DNA of 64,000 nt from NCBI GenBank assembly GCA_051294375.1, contig CM119270.1, positions 11,848,416 to 11,912,415 of the forward strand, written 5' to 3'. Origin of the DNA: Paraspadella gotoi. Taxonomy: Eukaryota > Animalia > Chaetognatha. Below the pieces are notes generated by a model that was not told the DNA's origin, did no database searches, and saw only the letters and a program-made list of their open reading frames with translations. The position numbers and the translations under genes are program-made. Each line of letters opens with the position of its first letter. The first letter of the stretch is position 1. This document shows positions 28,715-42,006 of the stretch, in pieces.

Positions 28715-29752
28715 CACTCCGGCTAAAAAAAAAAGAAGACACTTCTTTTACATTGAGAAATACTATATTGGATAGATGAAATTTACTGAGATATAGAGAC
28801 ATAAAACAAAGCTTATTGAAAGATAAAGCGATTGGTCCAGGTCTCATTAAAATCGATCAAAGCGTCCGAAAGTTATAGGACTTCAAAATCGATTGGTACA
28901 AAACATCTAAAGAGAATAAATTAATTTTAATCAAGAAGAATCTTTAACTTTTTTATTATAATACATTTATAATATAAAATTATCAACCTAACTCAAATTA
29001 AAATAAGTAAGAAAACTATATAGAAAAACAATCTTTTAAAAATAAAAAAAATGCAGTTAAGTGATAACTTACCTTAGGTTAATTTTAAAGCTTTTTCACA
29101 TCAAATTTTTTTATGGCATCTTATGTTAAAGCACATTAATATAAACTGTTACAATTATATTAAAATTATTTTTTGTTATTTTTACCATAAAATTATGTTT
29201 TGATTTTGAGATAATTTAAAAAAAATTATTGTTTTTAATATTTATTATTAAAATTTTATATTTGGCAGTAATTAAAAAAATATTTTTATAAAAAGTAATA
29301 TAAATTTATTGCCAACCATTTTATATGTTTAATTCCATTATGATTTTGTTAATTCTATATTATAAACATAAGTCAAAAAAAGAAATGTCATTATACTAAT
29401 CTTTGGAAATCACTTTTTCCCAATTCTATTTCGCGACTCTGACTTTAAAGACTTGCTATATTCCACTGCCTGAACCAATTCAAATTGTTCTTGGACCAAT
29501 CGATAGCTCTTTAAACTTTAGTGAAAAAAACAATTAGAGTCTTCATCAGACTCTAATTGTAGAGTCGAAACATGTCCGACCAACACACTGTTGTCAAATA
29601 AAATTCGTTGAAGCCAAACAAATAAAAATTGTTTTTCTCCCTAAATTTGAAATGCAACAAAATTGAAAGTCTATAGACAATATCTTAAAATTAAAAAAGA
29701 AATAGTTGTTTATTTAAAGCTACCAAGTGGCTTCTTTTTTTTCGCCGCAGTG
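28715..29752. mobile_element. Non-autonomous Tc1/mariner-like element
   Basis: TA|CACTCCGGCTAAAAAAAAAAGAAGACACTT ... AAGTGGCTTCTTTTTTTTCGCCGCAGTG|TA; TA target duplication; AT-rich non-coding interior. Confidence 0.75.
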
Positions 29753-30728
29753 TACAACGAAAAGAGAGAATTACACAAAGTATTAGTGTAATAAATGGAA
29801 ATAAAAAGCAAGGGGAAGTGAGGAATTAATTTTTGAGTTTTGTTGGATGTTCAGGGGAAAAAGAGATGAAGTGCGCTGGGATGTACTGGGATGTACTTTG
29901 AACTTTTGTGACAAAAAGACCGCAAGATTGTGAGAAGTTTTCCTAACTTTATAATTATACTTTTTTTTCGATCATCCTTGCATATTTAATTTGAGATTAA
30001 TTTTAGAGTGCTACTACTTTTACTGATTATTGTTTTAGGGAATGGTACGTTGAACTGGCAATGAGCACGAGATCAAAAAAGAGCTGACATATCAAACTGT
30101 TAAGTAAATATCGCTTTTTATGATATTCGAATATCCATATCTGTTGTAATGGATGTTACATTTAAATATTTTTTTCTTTTAAACCGTTTTAGCTTTAAGG
30201 TTTTTTCATTTTTTTGTCGATATCAAATTTTAGATATACTAAGAATGAAAAAAACTTATATTATGATAAATTTAAACGATATTTTTCCAAAATATTTAAC
30301 TGTTCATTACTATTGACCAGATAATCAAGTAGATTAAGTAATAAGTATAATAATTTTACAATAAAGAATTTTTTATAGAATATTTCCTACAGGTTTTTTA
30401 CTCATGTCTATAACGAAGAGCTCATTAGCTTTTCATGTTTTGTCTTTTTGATTACGTACATTTCAATATCAACCATCATCTTTTTTATGTAACGTAGATT
30501 CATGAAAAAAAAACATATATTATGCTTCATTTAAGTCTTTTACTGAAAATCAACATATTTGAAACAGTTTTACAATAGACATTTTAATGTATATAACATA
30601 TTTCTCTGTAAAAAGTGTATTTTTTGTATTATAATCTTTGTAAACAGTTGCTATAAAATATTGAATAGAACGCTTCTAATTTTTGTCTTCTCTTATACTT
30701 ATTGTTATATTATACCTGAGAAGTTATA

Positions 30729-31713
30729 AAACAAGTTTGAGCAAACAATGTCGGATCTGCCCAGATCATCAGCGGTAATTAATTAATTAATACAAACTAT
30801 ATAAACTAATTAATAAATTAATTAATTTTATCCGAAATGTTTGTTTTTAGGTCTTTTCGTCACTGACCACGACAAAAGCAACGACGACGATGATGGCGAT
30901 GACGACAGTAATGCCGATAAAGATTGACTTGATTAAATAATTAATTAATTTCTAAATAAATTGATTGATTGAATAATTAATTAATAGATAACTAAATAAA
31001 TTGATTGATTAAATAATTAATTAATTTATAAATAAATTGATTGATTGAAAAATTAATTAATAGATAACAAAATAAATTGATTGATTGAATAATTGATTGA
31101 ATAATTGACCGATTAAATAATAATTTATTAATTAATTGATTAATAAACTGATTAATTATTTGATTAATTAATACATCTTATCTTGCATTTACATTTAATA
31201 TAAAAAGAAAAAGAAGCATAATCAATTAGTGAAACAGATTTTTTTTTTCATTTAAACTCATTTCCACTCAGACAATTCCATCGAAACTTGATTTCCAGCT
31301 TAATCACACACTTTCCTACCCACATACAAAATATCAAGTCAATCGCCTCGTCCACTTATGAGTAATTGGCGTTCAAATAGTGAAATAGATTTTTTTGTTT
31401 TTTCCATTTAAACTCATTTCCACTCGCACGATTCCATCGAAACTTTATATCCAACTCAATCACACACTTCCTTACCCACACACAAAATTTCATTTTAATC
31501 CATCCTTCCAATCACGAGTAATTGGAGTTTTTTGCTAAGGTGGGACGGACGGACGGATGGACATCGTTTTTTTTTGCATAATTTATCATAATTCGATGTT
31601 CTGACATGATATAAGCGAGTGCCCGACAAGATTGAGGGGGCGGACCGACGGACCGACTAAGTGAATTATAGAGTCGGGATCTGCTGATAAGCAGATAAAC
31701 AGATCCGACTAAA
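30729..31713. mobile_element. Possible HINE/DINE-like (Helentron-associated) non-autonomous element
   Basis: Starts aacaag; sub-terminal gtcggatctg matches inverted cagatccgac at the end; (GGAC)n microsatellite; internal AT minisatellite and ~140-bp duplication; ends gagtcg..cgactaaaa. Confidence 0.4.
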
Positions 31714-32968
31714 AGGGCGTGAGATCAATTAACTTTGTGAAATCAAAGAAAACTAGAAAGGGCAAAGGAAAAACAGAGAGGTAGAAGATTTTGAAAGAAA
31801 AAAAACATACGTACGTTTGAGATCCGCCTTAGTTAGGGGACAATCAATAATCACTTCCTCTGGCGAGGTTATAACAGTGCCAGGTAACAGCCTCGGTTGA
31901 ACCCATAACCGGTAACGGTTGGGACTGGTCGTATGTAATGAGTGGTAAGGCGGCTTTTAGTCTCTGCCACATACTTTTATTACTATATCCAATATGATTT
32001 ACTATTTATACGATAGGATTTGTACTATACATTTACTATACTAAAACTTATTGAATTGTTGCATTTTGTTAACTTTCTGAGTCGATGATTGATAGTGACT
32101 CCATGTGATAAATAAAAAAAACAAAAGGTCGTACTGGGTAGAAACATTTTCTTGAGAAAAACAATCATTATTGACAATGACATTGTTTCGATTATGGAAT
32201 AATTAATGAACGATAATACAACTCTAGGAGTGAAATTATATAAATAATTACAATTTTATCCTGGCTTTCGTCTTTTTATAAAAATGATTCATCATCACTG
32301 ACATCAGCCAAATCAATCGATGATTCAGGAAACTTAAAAATCAATTTAATGGTCCTGTGCAAAAAAAAAAAGATACCCTAAAATATTATGCAAATTAATC
32401 TTGTTAGAATCTTTTATTATGAAATCTATTATAGGTCAATAATATTCATGTAAAAAGGAACTATTGAAGAAAATTTAGTTAGAATTTAATAATCTATTTT
32501 TAAGTAATGATTTTTTAAAACTACTCAGAGCGTAAAAAAATTGACTCATTTTTAACTTATCTTTAGGGTTTTAAAGCTGTTATAGTGTTAGGTTAGTGTT
32601 AGGTATGAGGTGTTATAGTTGAATGACCGGACCGATTTTCTTTTAACTTATAATAATATGTATGAATTCCTGTTTCGAAAATCCACATTTATTATTCCTA
32701 ATTTTTTATGATACATGTATACAACGCCCGAAAATTAAGGTTGAACGTCATTTACGTAATTTAAGATTCTCTTGTTTTGCACAGGACTACTTTTTAATTT
32801 ATAAAAATATTTATTTAATAATTATAATTAGTTATATTTTGTTGTTTTAAGACTCAATTAGAGAATCACAAACATTTCTGCTTCCGTTGCTTCTCATTTC
32901 CACCTCAATCTTTCTCTCATTTTCTTGCCTTTCTTTCTAAGAATGCGAATTCGCCTCTGAAGTCTGAA

Positions 32969-33025
<57 letters not shown>

Positions 33026-33638
33026 TCTCTCTTCTCTCTCTCTCTCTCTCTCTCTCAGTCAAGCATCCTTTTTAAACTCGCCGGGCCCTATTGGAAGACA
33101 ACGACAAAGACTCTCTGATTTTTATCTCGTGGTCGGAGTCTCTCTTTCTCTCTCTTTCTTTCTCTCTCGCTCTCTCTCCCGGACGCCGCTGCATCTGCTG
33201 CAGCATCTGACGCTGCATCTTCGGTCGCATCTCCTCCATTCTGCACCCAACAGCCATTTTCTCTTTGTAGCTTCGCCCCTCTAAGATCAAAAAGTATAAA
33301 TTATCATTATGTTACTTTTTTCTCAAATGTATTGAAGGTAAGTTTACATATTTTAAGGAATTCTTTTGTTGCTGGTCTCCCTTTCCCCTTTACGAAGTTT
33401 TACTCGAGTAAATCTGTCCGACAAAGACTTTCTTTAATTACAAATAAATTAAAACAAGTATGTAAGCAACTGACAGAATGCTATTAAGTCGTGCCCATTG
33501 ATATTCAAATTTCTTTGATTTGCTGAGCTTATTGAGTTTCTCATGTTTTATAATACTTTCTTACAGCCAAAAACGGTTTTTTTTGTTGTTACCTTCTACG
33601 TTTTTTCTATTCGTTTATATTTTCGCCTGATATGAAGA

Positions 33639-36600
33639 ATGGCTCATCTAACGGCAATCATCGATCAGGTAAGAGCTAAAATAGCGTTATGGTAGCCGTA
33701 GCGTCAGATGTTAATTTGTAACTGTAAGCCTCTCACTTACTCTCTTTAATTCACTCATTACAACGAAGATCACGCGGATGGAGAACTCGCTCGTCAACAT
33801 CTTGTTGGAGACCGCGGTGAAGCTCTCCACGCTGACCGATGCCAACATCTTTGTGATGGTTGACACGGCCGGCGGTCGCAAGTGGGCGGGGCGTAAATCG
33901 CTCAGGGACGAATACGTCAGGGGGATGTTAAAGGTGACTGCTTCTTAAATTGGACGAAATAAATTTTTATTGATTCAAATATTGCTTCAAAAATTTAAAT
34001 TACTATATATTTAAGCTGAGACTTAGTTTTAAACTTATCTTTAATCTTAACCCTAAATTACCCCTAACCCTAACAAACCCTTAACATAATTTAACACTAA
34101 TTTACCCTTAACCCTAACCTTTCCTTCGCATTAACTTATTTTTAACCTTAATTTACCTTTTAGCTTAACTTACCCTAATCCTATTTTTAACTTTACATTA
34201 CCCTTATTTTTAACTTACATTTAATCATAATTTGTTCTTAACCTTAATTTACTATAACCTGAAGTAACTTTTAACTATAATATAATCATTATTTAAATAT
34301 TAATATAATAACTATAATAACAAATATTAAAAAATTATGATATCTGAATTTCTTTATTTTTTCTTTTATCTTCCGTTCCTCTTTTATTCTTTTTCCGTTA
34401 ATTTATTTAAAAAAAACTTGTTTTTCATTTTCCCATAAGCCTCCAGAGCGTATTCAACTCCAGGAATGCCAAATTTAGATATCGTTTTTTATTTTTTTAA
34501 AATAACAGGTTTCATATTATTAGAAATATTTGTTTTTGAATTCTCTTCAATTTTTCTTATATTAACTGTAATATTATACCACTTCATTGATAGGGAAGCC
34601 AGGGAGTGAATAAACGAGACTGTGAGAGAGTCTTGATTGAAAGCTTGCAGGGACCTGCTATGTCATTATCTTTTAAGAGTGATGGAGGCCTTAAACCACC
34701 AAAGCCTGTCCAAAGTCAGGGGCAAGATAGCTTATTTATTAAATGAATGGATAATTTTTATATTGGTTGTACCAATTTCATAAAATTCAGCTCCTTGTAT
34801 TTTGATGCTAGTGGCGGGGTACAATAAGTATTCGCCCGAATCTAATACTTAAGGGAGTGGTTCGTTTTCATACAATTGAAACATTCTTTGAAATATTAAT
34901 ACCACTGCAATTGATAGGGAAGCCAAGGTACTCTGGGAGTGAATAAACGAGACTGTTGAGAGAGTCTTGATTGAAAGCTTGCAACGACCTGCTATGTCAT
35001 TATCGTTGTAAGAGTGATGGTAGGCCTTTAAACCAAACAGCCTGTCCAAAGTCAGGGGCAAGATAGCTATTTATTAAATGAATGGATAATTTTTTATATT
35101 GTTGGTACCAATTTTATGTAAATTAGTAATATAGTATAAAAATTTTTTTAATAAAAAAAAATTTTTGAAAGATATTAAATGGATATTTTGATTTGATTTG
35201 GAATTCCCAAATCATTTTGATCAACTGTAATTAATTAACAAATTAGCATAAAGCATAGACAAGTTTTTTGTTCGTTTTTTTATTTAAAAAATATTTTAAC
35301 GTTATAAATTTAATTATTTTTAAATTTTTATTTCTCTTTTTTAGATTTTTTAAATATGATCGCATCAATCAATAGTTAACACATCGAATCGATGAAAGAT
35401 TATTATCGTATCATTGAATGGTTATGGTATCATATAATTATTTTTATCGGATTATTGAATGATTATCATTGCATCAATCATTCGTTATCATCGCATCAAT
35501 CATTCGTTATCATCGCATCAATCATTCGTTATCATCGCATCAATCATTCGTTATCATCGCATCATCATTCGTTATCATCGCATCAATCATTCGTTATCAT
35601 CGCATCAATCATTCGTTATCATCGCATCAATCATTCGTTATCATCGCATCAATCATTCGTTATCATCGCATCAATCATTCGTTATCATCGCATCAATCAT
35701 TCGTTATCATCGCATCAATCATTCGTTATCATGCATCAATCATTCGTTATCATCGCATCAATCATTCGTTATCATCGCATCAATCATTCGTTATCATCGC
35801 ATCAATCATTCGTTATCATCGCATCAATCATTCGTTATCATCGCATCATCATTCGTTATCATCGCATCAATCATTCGTTATCATCGCCATCAATCATTCG
35901 TTCTCATCGCATCAATCATTCGTTATCATCGCATCAATCACTCGTATCATCGCATCAATCATTCGTTATCATCGCATCAATCATTCGTTATCATCGCATC
36001 AATCATTCGTTATCATCGCATCAATCATTCGTTATCATCGCATCAATCATTCGTTATCATCGCATCAATCATTCGTTATCATCGCATCAATCATTCGTTA
36101 TCATCGCATCAATCATTCGTTATCATCGCATCAATCATTCGTATCATTCGTCAATATCGATCATCGCATCAATCATTCGTTATCATCGCAATCAATCATT
36201 CGTTTCATCGCATCAATCATTCGTTGTCATCGTATCAATTCGATCATCGAAATCATTCGTTATCATCGCATCAATCATTCGTTATCATCGCATCAATCAT
36301 TCGTTATCATCGCTCAATCATCGTGTCATCGCATCAATCATTCGTTGTCATCGCATCAATCATTCGTTGTCTCGCATCATCATCGTGTCATCGCATCAAT
36401 CATTCGTTGTCATCGCATCAATCATTCGTTATCATCGCATCAATCATTCGTTATCATCGCATCAATCATTCGTTATCATCGCATCAATCATTCGTTATCA
36501 TCGCATCAATCATTCGTTGTCATCGCATCAATCATTCGTTGTCATCGCATCAATCATTTGTTGTCATCGCATCAATCATTCGTTGTCATCGGCATCAATC

Positions 36601-38228
36601 ATTCGTTGTTCATCGCATCAATCATTCGTTGTATCGCATCAATCATTCGTTGTCATCGCATCAATCATTCGTTGTCATCGCATCAATCATTCGTTGTCAT
36701 CGCATCAATCATTCGTGTCATCGTCATCAATCATTCGTTGTCATCGCATCAATCTTTCGTTGTCATCGCATCAATCTTTCGTTGTCATCGCATCAATCTT
36801 TCGTTGTCATCGCATCAATCTTTCGTTGTCATCGCATCAATCTTTCGTTGTCATCGCATCATCTTTCGTTGTCATCGCATCAATCTTCGTTGTCATCGCA
36901 TCAATCTTCGTTGTCATCGCATCAATCTTTCGTTGTCATCGCATCAATCATTCGTTGTCATCGCATCAATCATTCGTTGTCATCGCATCAATCATTCGTT
37001 GTCATCGCCATTCAATCATTCGTTGTCATCGCATCATCATTCGTTGTCATCGCATCATCATTCGTTGTCATCGCATCAATCATTCGTTGTCATCGCATCA
37101 ATCATTCATTTTTTGGTAAAATTTTACTTTCGCAGACCGAGTTTTGGCGTTTTTTAAAAAAACATTTCAAAAATAAATATTTTTTAAAAAAAAATAATAA
37201 CCCTTAAACCACCTTTAAGCCTAAATCCCACTTAACCCCAGTCAGCAAAGTAAAATTAACCCCTTTTTTTGGGATAGATATTGGGTGATAGATCATTATG
37301 CTCCTAAATTTTTTAAATAATTTTCTATGATTGCAACTTGCGAGATCACTATACTTTTAAGACTTTTGTTTTTTAAAAGCTTTAAATCAGTACCGATTTC
37401 CCTATTCAGCCTTCCAGTAAAGACGTGGAGGTTACTGAGGCGATATCTTCCGTGCCCCAAGAGGAATTCTCCGTCGGCCATTTAATGGGAATGGCCGCGG
37501 GGGGTCTCGGCTCGCAGCAGCCGCTCCCCCCGTCGGCTCCCTCCGTCCCCGTTTTCGGCCAGGCCGTGTTTCCCACAGCTCAGCAACACTCGCATCAGCA
37601 ACAGCAGCAGCGAGACGGAGAGCCGGGGGCAGCCAAACGGCCACGCCTCTCCGTCTCTGCCGATGTCTCCTCCACGCCCACCTCCAATGCCTCGTCCGCT
37701 TCCGCCTCCAAAATCGTCGTTAACAATAACGTTGCCACCTCGCCGCCTCACGTGAGAAGGAAGTCTCCGAACAGGTAAATCGTGTAAGACGTTTTGTCGT
37801 TGTTGTTATTTTCTAGCTTTCTTCATTGGTAAAAATCATGAATATTAAGTGTTTATGAACTATTCTAACTTTCGCTTAACCTACTTGATTTATTTATTTT
37901 CCCAAACCCTAGAGAGCCTCAACCCGTCATCCTTGAGGCGAACCTCTCCCCGATTAACCCGTCAACGCCCCCCGCGACGACGACGACGAACAGAGAGACG
38001 AAAAACTTAAAGGACGAATTCAACGGCGACGAACGAGTCGACGACGATTCCATCGTCATTAAGGAAGAGTTGGGTCGTGGCCGGGGAGACGACAGCCGTG
38101 GCTACGACGATGACGAGGAGGAGCTTGAAGCTAGCCTGGATGACGCCGGTGGAGGCGTAACCGGATGGGGCGAAGTCGCCCTAGCCGGTCCGTCTGGGCT
38201 ACAACAAAATTCGGACGCCAATCAACCG
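33639..38228 (+). CDS. Common N-terminal exons (292 aa) of a multi-isoform transcription factor: degenerate MADS/SRF-like module + disordered linker
   Basis: Exons 33639-33668 (MAHLTAIIDQ), 33769-33933 (ITRMENSLVNILLETAVKLSTLTDANIFVMVDTAGGRKWAGRKSLRDEYVRGMLK), 37410-37774, 37913-38228. All junctions are in frame. Contains NLS-like AKRPRL, SUMO-type IKEE/LKDE and an acidic tract. Ends CCG|gtaagt (phase 0) with no stop codon. Confidence 0.8.
34575..35120. repeat. Local direct duplication (~34575-34780 and ~34900-35120)
   Basis: Shared ttgatagggaagcca..gtccaaagtcaggggcaagatagc..ggataatttt. Confidence 0.8.
35460..37107. repeat. 22-bp tandem satellite (ATCAATCATTCGTTATCATCGC)n in intron 2 of the TF gene
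   Basis: Head-to-tail units without spacers over ~1.65 kb. Confidence 0.97.
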
Positions 38229-39827
38229 GTAAGTTTTCGATAATATAATATTTCGTTTTATGCTTCTTAGCGTAGTTTTTTTTTTTTTTTCTCCGAGAGC
38301 CATATACGCCGTGTCATTCTTCATTTTCCGGGTATTTAGAAATAAATACTATTCAGTGACTCAAAAGACGATGACTACGACGACCTTACCTATGACAACC
38401 AAATGAAACTGTATTGAATCTCACCAGTCACCACTCAATCGTTTAATCGACACAACCTTAATTATTAAGGTTTAATGTACCGGAAAACCGTAGAGAATGA
38501 ACACGGCTATACGGATAATTATCGAGATGTCCACTAACGTGCATTGCGATTACATTAAGAAGATATTCGACATTCATGTTTACCGCCCTACAAGTTTTCT
38601 ATTTACCTCTATTTCATGACATCCTTAAGTGATCTCATTATTTTGTTATTAAATTATCTATTTATCATAAAAACTAAATTAGTTCTAGACAAAGACTTGT
38701 GTGGTGAGAGACATATTTTAACAACTTTCTATTTCATGAATGTTTGGGAAGTAACAATTTTGAGGTATTCCTAAATTTTTTAATAGAAATTGATTTTTAC
38801 TGTGACATGAAAGTTTAATCTCGGATAAAATTAAGTGAACACTTTTTAGCTTTTGATATATTTGGTTAATAACTTCTTATAACAATTTTTGAAGGCTGTG
38901 GTAATATTAAAGCTATGCAATTCTAGTTCTTTCAATTATTTTTTTTAATCGCGAATATTTAAATTTAACCAAATTTAAAAAAAGATTTTACTTAGATTGA
39001 ATGGCTTAAATTATTTTAAGAATGAATATAATTAGGATGGGCTTAAAAGTAGCATTGCAGTGACGAGTTTTACCTCTGCATGAGTTGAAAAGGAAGAGGC
39101 ACGCGTCTTGAACTCTTAACTTTAGTTAATAAATTGTTGTTACATTAAAAGAACGTCGTGCCTATTCCTTTTAATTTTTTACCCCAGCTGTCCCATCCCA
39201 TGAGCTACTTCTGACAAGTGCATTGATGAGTTTTGAGTTTCATTATTCACTTTAGATATTTGGGAAATTCTTCTTTCAATTTTAACAATTTAATCGCTTT
39301 TTTATTCACTTAAAACCATAAACCAACAAAAACCAACACACTTTTCGCTTTTTAAAACTAATTCCCCCAGCTATGACTTCACCGGATTCGTGCCTTTTTT
39401 CTTCCTCGATACATTTCTAACTAGAATGGACTTCTAATTAGACCTGTAAATCAGCGAAATGGGAAGCAGTGCAGCCTCATGCAGATTCGTAATAAGGTTG
39501 AATAGATGCGTATTTTTGTTGTGCGAACAAATGAATACGATTGCGCCCTGATGAGATTATTGGGCCTTCTAATCTGGCGATTACCAATGTTTTCGAGTTT
39601 GGAAAAAAAAATTATGGGGAATAAAAGAGCAAATAACAAACACAAAACTGATCAATGCATTTGTGGTGAAGGGACATGCTCTTATTTCCCCTTTTCCCAT
39701 CCTCTCCCTCTAGCCCATGTATTAAAACAAATACACAGCATTGAAAAGCAGGACATTGACGAAAGTGCTGTTATCAAATTTTTTCATATGACCACCCTCC
39801 CATAACCCTCCCTACCCTTTTCAAAAG

Positions 39828-40511
39828 GAACCCGAAAGGATTGGTATCGCCGATTACATGGCCGCTCGCACTCCCGAACCCTATATCTGCTCCGTGTGCT
39901 ATGTCGTGTTCCAAAGCCCCACACTTTTGACCGAACACCAAACGACCCACGAGGCTTCCCCTATCGATTCTTCCACGGCCGCCGCCGCCGCCCCCAACCT
40001 TCCCCCCGCCCTGCTTGGACCCAACGACGAGGACAGCGGAGAAGACGGTATTTTCGTCGAAGGCTACGCGCACCCAAACGGGAAAGACTACTTGTGTACG
40101 ATATGCAACAAGCCGTTCAAAAGGAAAGACTATTTCAAACAGCACCTGCTATCGCATTCAAGAAAGTTTCAGTGTCCGCATTGCAACTTCAACTTCGCCC
40201 GAAAGGATCACTTGGGAAGGCACTTAAAAAACCGCGTCTGTCTGCGGGGGTTGGAAAACAATGAGCTGGCGGCCGAGCACAAGGCCAAGATCATGAACAA
40301 TGACGAAGACGACGACGACGACGACGACGACGTCGTTGACGAAGAAGAAACCAAAGACAAAAAGCAAACGAATACGTTGAACATTCTAGAAGCGAAACCA
40401 GATTCCGGAGATAAGGAAGCCATTATTGAGGAGAAAGACGCGGCGTCTCCATCCAAAGACGTTAAACCCGTCATGTCTACTAGAAAAAGCAAAAGAGGGC
40501 AAAGAGATTGA
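39828..40511 (+). CDS. Alternative terminal cassette A: three zinc fingers (C2H2, C2H2, C2HC)
   Basis: Phase-0 acceptor tttcaaaag|GAA; YICSVC..HQTTH, YLCTIC..HLLSH, FQCPHC..HLKNRVC; stop at 40511. Confidence 0.85.
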   Translation, partial: EPERIGIADYMAARTPEPYICSVCYVVFQSPTLLTEHQTTHEASPIDSSTAAAAAPNLPPALLGPNDEDSGEDGIFVEGYAHPNGKDYLCTICNKPFKRKDYFKQHLLSHSRKFQCPHCNFNFARKDHLGRHLKNRVCLRGLENNELAAEHKAKIMNNDEDDDDDDDDVVDEEETKDKKQTNTLNILEAKPDSGDKEAIIEEKDAASPSKDVKPVMSTRKSKRGQRD

Positions 40512-40796
40512 CATTTACTTTTGTTCTTATCCTTTTTACTTGTATCCGTATATTTATTATCATTTCTTCCATTTGTCGAGTGCAAACTTGAAAAAGTTTA
40601 ATTTCTTTTTTTCAATACAAGTTTTTTTTCCCAAATGAGGTTTTATTTCCTGGTGATCGGTCGATATACTTCCTTCATCTTTAGTGCTTGTTTGGTTCTC
40701 CGATGCGACAGCTGGTTATTTATAATTTAAATGGCTATTTAAAAAAATCCCCCAAAAAATCCACCATACAAAACCAAAAATCCGTTTCGTCAAAAG

Positions 40797-41150
40797 GTGG
40801 GATTCGCCTCCCGAATTCTCGCTCTCTGCCGTTCTCGACAAGAGGTCCCAACTTCGGCGACCACTGTCGTCACCGAGAATTCGTCGACCTTCAACTGCCT
40901 CGTCTGCGGCGACACCTTCCCCGACGATAAAACTCGGGAGGCTCACGAAGCCGGCCACGCCGACGATGTCCGAGCAGCCTGTCCAGTTTGCGGCGAGATT
41001 TACGTCGTTCCTGACTTGATCGTTCATTTGAAGCGACACTTTGATGACGACGACGGTGAAGAGGAGGAAGAAAGTCGATATTCTTGCCAAGACTGCGGAG
41101 CCAAGTTCGCCTTCAAGCATCACTTGTGCCGTCATCGATGCGGCGACTAA
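40797..41150 (+). CDS. Alternative terminal cassette B: three zinc fingers
   Basis: Phase-0 acceptor caaaag|GTG (a second phase-0 AG would start the exon at 40845); FNCLVC..HEAGH, CPVC..HLKRH, YSCQDC..HHLCRHRC; stop at 41150. Confidence 0.75.
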   Translation: MGFASRILALCRSRQEVPTSATTVVTENSSTFNCLVCGDTFPDDKTREAHEAGHADDVRAACPVCGEIYVVPDLIVHLKRHFDDDDGEEEEESRYSCQDCGAKFAFKHHLCRHRCGD

Positions 41151-42006
41151 GCCTTGTATTTCCTTTTTTGTTTGCATCAATACCTTAGAGAAAGTTCCGA
41201 TTTTAATTTTGAACTTTTTTTTTTATTATTAATGGACATGTTTCGACTTTGGTACAAGTCTTCATCATAATACCTTAATACAAACTAGAAATCAACTTTT
41301 TCCGCTGACCATCTTCATGACAGCGAATTTAAATTATTTATATCCGGATTCTTTCGACTCGTAGCTAAAACTGCCTCGTTCCCGCATCCAAACATTACAG
41401 ACAGCGTTCCCGCCCGCGGCAGAGGTCTTCGCTTCCCCTTCAGATCCAGATTAGATTTGTCTATTTTCTCGATCTTCAAATCTTTCACCTGCTTCACCTC
41501 AACGGTCTTGTACGCCAGTCATGGCAGTCATGTCGCACACTGACTCATTCCAGTTCGTTGTTTTCAACACTCCAAGGATCACATGGCTTCTTGCCAAAAA
41601 ATACCAAGAATTTTTTCGGCTAAGCGTTCAGCTCGTGCGGTAATTTGCGCGTGCACTTTAAAAAAGTGACCGCAATGCGTTGATAATTGCCATGTCGTCT
41701 TTTACTTTCCTGCAACTGTATCTCCTTAAAGTTTCCTCCTTTCGTGTATCCCTGTACTTGAAATCGAATTCATCAATGCGCCGTAGTTGTATAAAAATTT
41801 ATTTATGTTATTTGCATGGTTTCAAATACGTCAGCCTTATCTTTGGGACAGCTCGCTATTATTTTCCATAAGTTTATCTCGGCACACGTGCAGACGAATT
41901 TTCATAAAAGGTTTCCTGCAATGTTATTTCCGTATTTTTATGACCTGGTAGATAGTTTATCGTTAGTTTTTTTTTTTGTTTTTATCCCCCGTTTATCGAC
42001 GAAAAG

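Noticed and set aside
34040-34260. Telomere-like TAACCC repeats
   Set aside because: Highly degenerate and interstitial; low-complexity intron or transposon sequence
35392-37207. Three ~570-aa ORFs, or a CRISPR-like array
   Set aside because: Translations of a stop-free 22-bp satellite; no unique spacers and no cas genes; eukaryotic intron
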